A stretch of DNA of 64,000 nt from NCBI RefSeq assembly GCF_009914755.1, contig NC_060941.1. The stretch is one strand, 5' to 3'. The notes under the pieces are model-generated. The model had not been told where the DNA came from. It worked only from the letters and a program-made list of their open reading frames with translations, and did no database searches. The DNA comes from the human T2T-CHM13v2.0 reference genome, Homo sapiens. Made by a program: the position numbers and the translations under genes. Positions 57,993 to 64,000 of this stretch are shown here, in pieces. The number at the start of each line of letters is the position of its first letter. Position 1 is the stretch's first letter.

Positions 57993-58768
57993 TGTATTAG
58001 TCAGGGTTCTCCAGAGAGACAGAACTCATAGACAATTCAGAGGTCTTCCCAACAGCCCCTCTCATCACAGGCCTGGAGGCCTAGGAGGGAAGAATGGTTT
58101 CTTGGCCCAGGCCCAGGGCCCACTGCTCTGCACAGCCCTAGGACACTGCTCCTTGCATCCCAGCTGCTCCAGCTCCAGCTCCAGCCCTGGCCTGGCTCAA
58201 AGGACCCAAAGTACAGCTCAGGTCACTGCTTATATATTATCTTCCTAATATATGTTTATTAGGGATAATTGGCTCACCACACAATTATAAGGCAAAGTCC
58301 CATGATAGACCATCTGCAAGCTGGGGAAGAAAGCGGGTAGTGCCTCAGTCTGAGTCCAAAAGCCTCAAACCAGGGAAGCTGACAGTGCAGACTTCAGCCT
58401 GTGATTGAAGGGTTGAGAGCCCCCAGCAAGCCACTGGTGCAAGTCTCAGAGTCCAAAGGTCAAAGAACCTGGATTCTGGTGTCCAAGGGCAGGAGGAATG
58501 GAAGGAAGCACCCAGCATGGGAGAAAGAAGGAAGCTAGAAGACTCAGCAAGCAAGGCTATCCCACCTTCTTCTGCCTGCTTTGTTCTAGCTATGCTGGCA
58601 GCCAATTCGATGGTGGTCACCCACATTGAGGGTGGATCTTCCTCTCCCAGTCCACTAACTCACATACCAATGGCAACATCCTCACAGACACATTCAGAAA
58701 AAATACTTTACCAGCTATCTAGGCATTCTTCAATCCAATCAAGATAAAACCTAATAATAATCATCACA
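57993..58768 (-). mobile_element. MLT2B-type (ERVL) solo LTR carrying a foreign insert at 58033-58231
   Basis: TGTATTAGTCAGGGTTCTCCAGAGAGACAGAAC...CCATCTGCAAGCTGGG...CCCACATTGAGGGTGG...TTCAATCCAATCAAG...CATCACA; TSD AATGC / AATAC. Confidence 0.9.
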
Positions 58769-59540
58769 AATACCTATTTTTTAAATAATTGTTGAATGAC
58801 TATTATTCTTGTTTGATTTTTCCTGTATCAATAAGAAATCAATTCAATTCTGATTACTGATAAGCAGATAAAAGTCATATTTTATTGTATCTCCTTGATT
58901 AAGATTTCAGAATCCTACATCTCAGGATTATTTCAAACTATAAAGATTACCTTGTCTAAACACATTGAGATCTTTCTTATAATTCCTTTTTTAAAGAGTA
59001 CATGCTTAGTCTCATGAAGCATAGCACACCAATCCGTTGTGTAATAAACACTCAATAATTGTAGAATTAACACCAATGACACTTCATTTTATCATCATTT
59101 AGGCACAATGTTTGGACCAGCCCAGGATCCCTCACTCACAAGAACTTCTATCGGACTTAGCTTATCCCTCAGAAGACCCTGGACACCACCAAAGGTCATC
59201 AGCACAATCTTGATGGATGTCTAAGAATTGAAGATTGATTTTTGCCTAATGACAATAAAGTCATCACTAAGTTAAATATCTATAAATTAAATATCTATTA
59301 AATATGTATTAAATATATAGTAAATATTTAATTGAATATTAAATGCATGTATATTCTGAGCTTTATTGTGTTTTTCATGAAGACACTGTCAAAGACTAGA
59401 GCCCCATATGTTAAAAAAGTGAGTGAGTAATCTTATAAGCATCATAATATGGTCCCTTTTCTTCATCCTGCTATACATAACAATCTGTTATACAATCTCC
59501 ATTATTCTACTAATGAAGCCTCTTCAAATCATAACTTTGA

Positions 59541-59856
<316 letters not shown>

Positions 59857-59912
59857 TAACTTAGCAATTTTTGAAGAAATCTCAGCAGCCTTAATTCAAA
59901 ATCTATGTAAAT

Positions 59913-59934
59913 TGTGTGTGTGTGTGTGTGTGTG
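59913..59934. repeat. (TG)11 microsatellite
   Basis: Directly visible. Confidence 0.95.
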
Positions 59935-61029
59935 AAAAAGCTACCAAATGATTCTTTTGGAGATGAGGAATTGACAGCGAGCTTAGGAAAAAGTCAGTTT
60001 TTGTTGTTGTTGTTGTTTTTAATCAGGAGTCTTCCTAAGTTGAGATGCTGACATTCATGGCCACTTATTGTCTGGTTGTAATTCAAATCCAATGTCCAGA
60101 TTCTACCCATTAAAGAAGGTAATAACTGGAAATAACTTCATTAATATCATGTTCCAGTATCTGCGGGCTCTGGTTGTATGGGAGAAGGCTGTCTACCATT
60201 TTGCTATGAATTCTAATAACCTATGCCAGATATATAGTCATGGGGTAACCCCCATTATAAAGCTTCTAGTCTACAAAACCAAGAGAAAGCTTGTCAAAAT
60301 AAATCTTAACTTCTGACCACGGTAGAAGACCTACTACGGGGTATTAACAGTCAGAACTGCCAATCACTGCCTGGTCTAAATGTTTGTATTAAAAATTCCA
60401 ACTCTGGTGGCATGAACTTTGGATAAAATCATCATAAGCTGTGTGAGTCCAAAAAATATAAACCCAGAATGAAATATATTTGGGGCTAAAATGACGTTAC
60501 TAATGTCTGAGATGGGTCTCCCTCTCCCCCTTTGAAACGTGATGCTTTTATTAGATTATTTCTACTGCCAAAAGACACAGCTACTGTCTGGCTACATTTT
60601 CTGGTTTTCTCTTGAATTAAAACAAATAAATAAAAGAAAAATGTCTACATCTTTTAAACAAAGCAAATGGGAATATTTTTATTATTTTTTTTTCCTGCCA
60701 ACTGAACAAGTTCTATACATTTAGATAGGTCTCTGGTTCACATAATATGATATGTACTTGTATGTGCACACAGAATGTATAAGATAAAATGGGCTCCTTA
60801 AAATAAGCAAGTATTGCCTAAGGATATATAGACAAATGGAAAACAGCACTTCGCTATGTTACAAGGGTTGGCATGGTGCTGGAATTGACTGGGAGCTGCA
60901 TAATTTTCAACTTTGCTATCTACAGGCTCCTGTTCCACCTCTATGATTTTTTTGCTTCATCATTTACCTTTCTGATCCTTGATAACAGTCATTGTTTCTC
61001 AGAGCACAATGAGAATTTGGATCACATTG

Positions 61030-61150
61030 CTCATTCTCCTCATTTTACAGATAAGGAAAGTGAAGCTTCCAGAAATTAAATCATCATCATGTACATAAAG
61101 TCAACATACATAATTACAACTAATTAGTGGCCAACCACATGCTAGGAACC
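61030..61150 (-). mobile_element. MIR core fragment
   Basis: CTCATTTTACAGATAAGGAAAGTGAAGC. Confidence 0.65.
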
Positions 61151-61605
61151 TCCATATTTACATATTCAGCAGTATGTGCCAGAGGCATCCTCAGCACTTT
61201 ACTGACCTAACTGCAGGGTCCTTGGCGGTCATCTTTGTTTTCCATTTAAATAAAACTAGGGGGAAAGACATTTTCCATGCAGGGGCAAATCGCCTCTCAA
61301 TAATTCTGCAGATTCTTAGGGAAAGCAGAGGAGTGGGGAGTGGGTGGTCCTTACATTTTTGCCTATTGCCTCTGAGTTTGCCTTTGCTAATTTCCTGAAA
61401 TTTATTGAAATTTGCCTTTTATATTAGTCCCATTCTCTTTACTCTGCATCAGTTCCTACATACTGTTTATGTAGGATCGTTATTTTCGATGTTGTATCAT
61501 TTTTTTAGATTTGTATAAAAATGACTAGCATTTGGGGTTTGCCATGTGCCAAGTACTCTAATAGGCACTTAATAAAAGTTTTGTCTTTCAAATCTGTCTT
61601 TGTGA

Positions 61606-61894
61606 GCAGGATGCGGTGACTCACCCTGTAATCTCAGCACTTTGGGAGGCCGAGGCAGGAAGACTGCTTCAGCCTAGGAGTTCAAGACTAGCGTGGGTGA
61701 CATGGTGGGACCCCATCTCTACAAACAATAGAAAAATTAGCCAGACGTGGTGGCACACACCTGTAACCTCAGCTACTCCTGGGCTGGGAGGATCGCTTGA
61801 GTCTGGGAGTTCGAGATTACAGTGAGCTATGATAGCACCACTGCACTCCATTCTGGGCAACAGAATGAGACACTGTCTCTAAAAAAATAAAGTA
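61606..61894 (+). mobile_element. AluJ inserted in an antisense MIR remnant (~61520-62005)
   Basis: GGAGGATCGCTTGAG, GTGAGCTATGATAGCACC; TSD AAAT(C/A)TGTCT(T/A)TGTGA. Confidence 0.92.
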
Positions 61895-62727
61895 AAATAT
61901 GTCTATGTGATTAGGTGACTGCTCTGATGACAGAGCTGAAATATAAACCTGTGCCTAATCAATTCCAAAATCTGTTCTCTCTCCACTAAGCTATGTTGCT
62001 GCCTGTATGCTATTAGTTTTATAAAGTGGGGTTCTTCATAAGACAGAAATTATATCATTTGCCCATCTCTGTAAGGCATGATCTCTCAACTGTGGGATGT
62101 ATCAGGGTTCACTGGCATTAATCTCCATCCCTCTTATGGCCAAGCAGAACTGTCTCCTCAGATTCAAGATACATTCTGTGTCCTAGAATAAATTCCTTTC
62201 TCTGAGGAAAGTGAACTACTTTCTAAAGAGATAAATGAATGCAGGCTGTGGTTTTATTGGCATAGCTTTTTAGAGGTTTTTGTTTTTGTTTGGTTTGGTT
62301 GGTTACCTGCATTATACCAAGTATCCCCAAAGACATTTCTAAGCACTTAGTTACCTTACAAATAAGACTGATTTTAATGGGAATGGTCATGTTGAACTTA
62401 GAATTGCCTGGAATAAGGAAGGGTTTGCAGTTTATTCAATTTCCCATCTCATCTCAGGTCTTCCATTTGGGGATAATGTTTGAATATCATTTGGTATGGG
62501 TGGAACCAGCACTAATGGTAGATTCCATTATGGCTAGACACATGCATGCTAACATAGGTTTGATTTGAGTCAGACCACAGAGCAAAACCTAAAGCAATGA
62601 TCATCTGCCAACCCTCAACCCACTGAGGGATTTGTTGGCTGACTAACACTGTCCTGCTATGGTCTGGGAGAGAATGGGACTAACTATTCCCAATAATCCA
62701 CTTCACAGACCAAAACCTTTCAGTAGA

Positions 62728-63004
62728 CTTTCTCTCTCTCTTTCTTTCTTTCTTTCTTCTTTCTTTCTTTCTTTCCTTCTTTCTTTCTCCTTCCTTCCTT
62801 CTTTCTTTCTTTTTCTTTCTTTCTTTTTCTTTCTTGCTTTCTTTCTCTTTCTTTCTTGCTTGCTTGCTTTTTCCTTCCTTCCTTCCTTTTCTTCCTGTCT
62901 TCCTTTTCTCCTTCCCTCTTTTTCTTCCTTTTCCTCTTTGTCTCTTTCTCACCCTGTTTTTTTCTCTCCCTCTCTCCCTCACCCCTCCTTTCTGTCTCTC
63001 TCTC
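62728..63004. repeat. ~275-bp polypyrimidine/polypurine low-complexity tract (CTTT/CCTT/CT)
   Basis: Directly visible. Confidence 0.95.
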
Positions 63005-63544
63005 ACACAGGCACACAAGAACTCGGGTTTATTACAATATTTAATACATTCTAGTTGGCTTAAAGCACTTATGAATTACATGTTTATTTTGTCTTCTTGA
63101 CTGATATTTCCTCATGTCTGAGTATTGTGCCTCTAGGAAGGAAAACTTATATTTTTTAAAGGAGAGCTTTTCTCTAAATATTGCCAAAAATAAAGTGGCT
63201 TGAAAGAAAATCACATAGACCTTTTCCTTCAGAAAAGAGAATAATGTTTGAAGACTTTTATTTGTAAGAATTCCTATTTTTAAGCAACATCTTCGAGGAA
63301 GCAGTAAGGCCTGAATTTGAATAAGATCAGAGAAGACACATTCAAATGATAGTGCCTAGTGTGTATGCAGTAACGGTGAATTCTTCTGTATTTACTTCTG
63401 GCCTTACAGGTATAATTATTCTACCAGTCTTTCGCAATAATTTTCTCGTATCTACTGTAATTTGAAATATGAATTACAAATAATCATTCTGAACAGAGAT
63501 GTCTACTTACAGCCATGTCTTCTGTACCCTTTCATTTTCTGTCT

Positions 63545-63900
63545 GTCATGTTCTACTACTGACAGGTGCAAAGTGTACCACAGTGACTTCCATGCCTCCT
63601 GGCCACGGTATGCAAGAGTCACCAGCCTAGCATGCCCATCACTGCCTTGGATTTGTTCCTGGTCAACTCTCTTCACCTCCTGATCCTTGTCTGAATGCTT
63701 TCCTCCCTGCCAAAAGAATTCACTCTATCCTCTCTCGTGCATATCTCAATTCTAGTTTATCACTGTGGTAGAATTATTTGCTTATAGGTCTGTGTGCTTT
63801 ACAAAGTGTAACTTGAGATGAGAAAATGTCATCTTTACATTATCGGCCACCAACCAGCTCAGTGCCTGACAGTGGGAAGGTGCTCAAAGAATATGTGTGG
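63545..63900 (+). mobile_element. L2 3' region
   Basis: CTGAATGCTTTCCTCCC...TTATCACTGTG...AGCTCAGTGCCTGACAGTGGGAAGGTGCTCAAAGAATATG. Confidence 0.55.
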
Positions 63901-64000
63901 TTTGCCCACTAAATTCCGTGATCTTAAACTTGTCTTGCATTAAATAACCTTTGACTGTCAAGTCCAAACACAAAACCCATAGTCATTTTCTATAGACATT

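Noticed and set aside
62659-63100. Overlapping F/L/S-rich and K/R/E-rich ORFs
   Set aside because: Products of the polypyrimidine tract, which lacks stop codons.

Overview
Simian primate (very probably human or great ape) nuclear DNA: AT-rich, CpG-depleted, no CpG island, and dense in interspersed repeats. I count about 19 Alu copies or fragments (J, S and Y), several L1 fragments (L1PB, L1MB, two L1MC, L1ME), L2, CR1/L3, MIR and hAT DNA transposons (MER1A, MER30, MER58, MER5, MER53). The LTR elements include a full-length MSTA provirus, a full-length ancient MLT1 provirus, a THE1C solo LTR, a THE1D/MSTA-type 3' end and an MLT2B. It reads as intergenic DNA or a deep intron. I cannot support any protein-coding gene, tRNA, rRNA or CRISPR array: the listed ORFs are repeat-derived, low-complexity or of chance length. 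I did not find a new multi-gene biological system. The best second-look items are traces of local rearrangement. (1) A twin-primed L1PB whose pieces show a later ~1 kb Alu-bounded inversion (42.6-44.4 kb). (2) A ~200 bp piece of the neighbouring MSTA internal region copied into an MLT2 LTR 2.3 kb away. (3) Two L1MC copies that appear to share derived variants. (4) A young 45-bp minisatellite and a cluster of short tandem duplications. (5) Candidate enhancer-like unique segments and candidate non-coding exons. Repeat subfamily names come from remembered consensus motifs, not from a RepeatMasker run, and the boundaries of old repeats are approximate.
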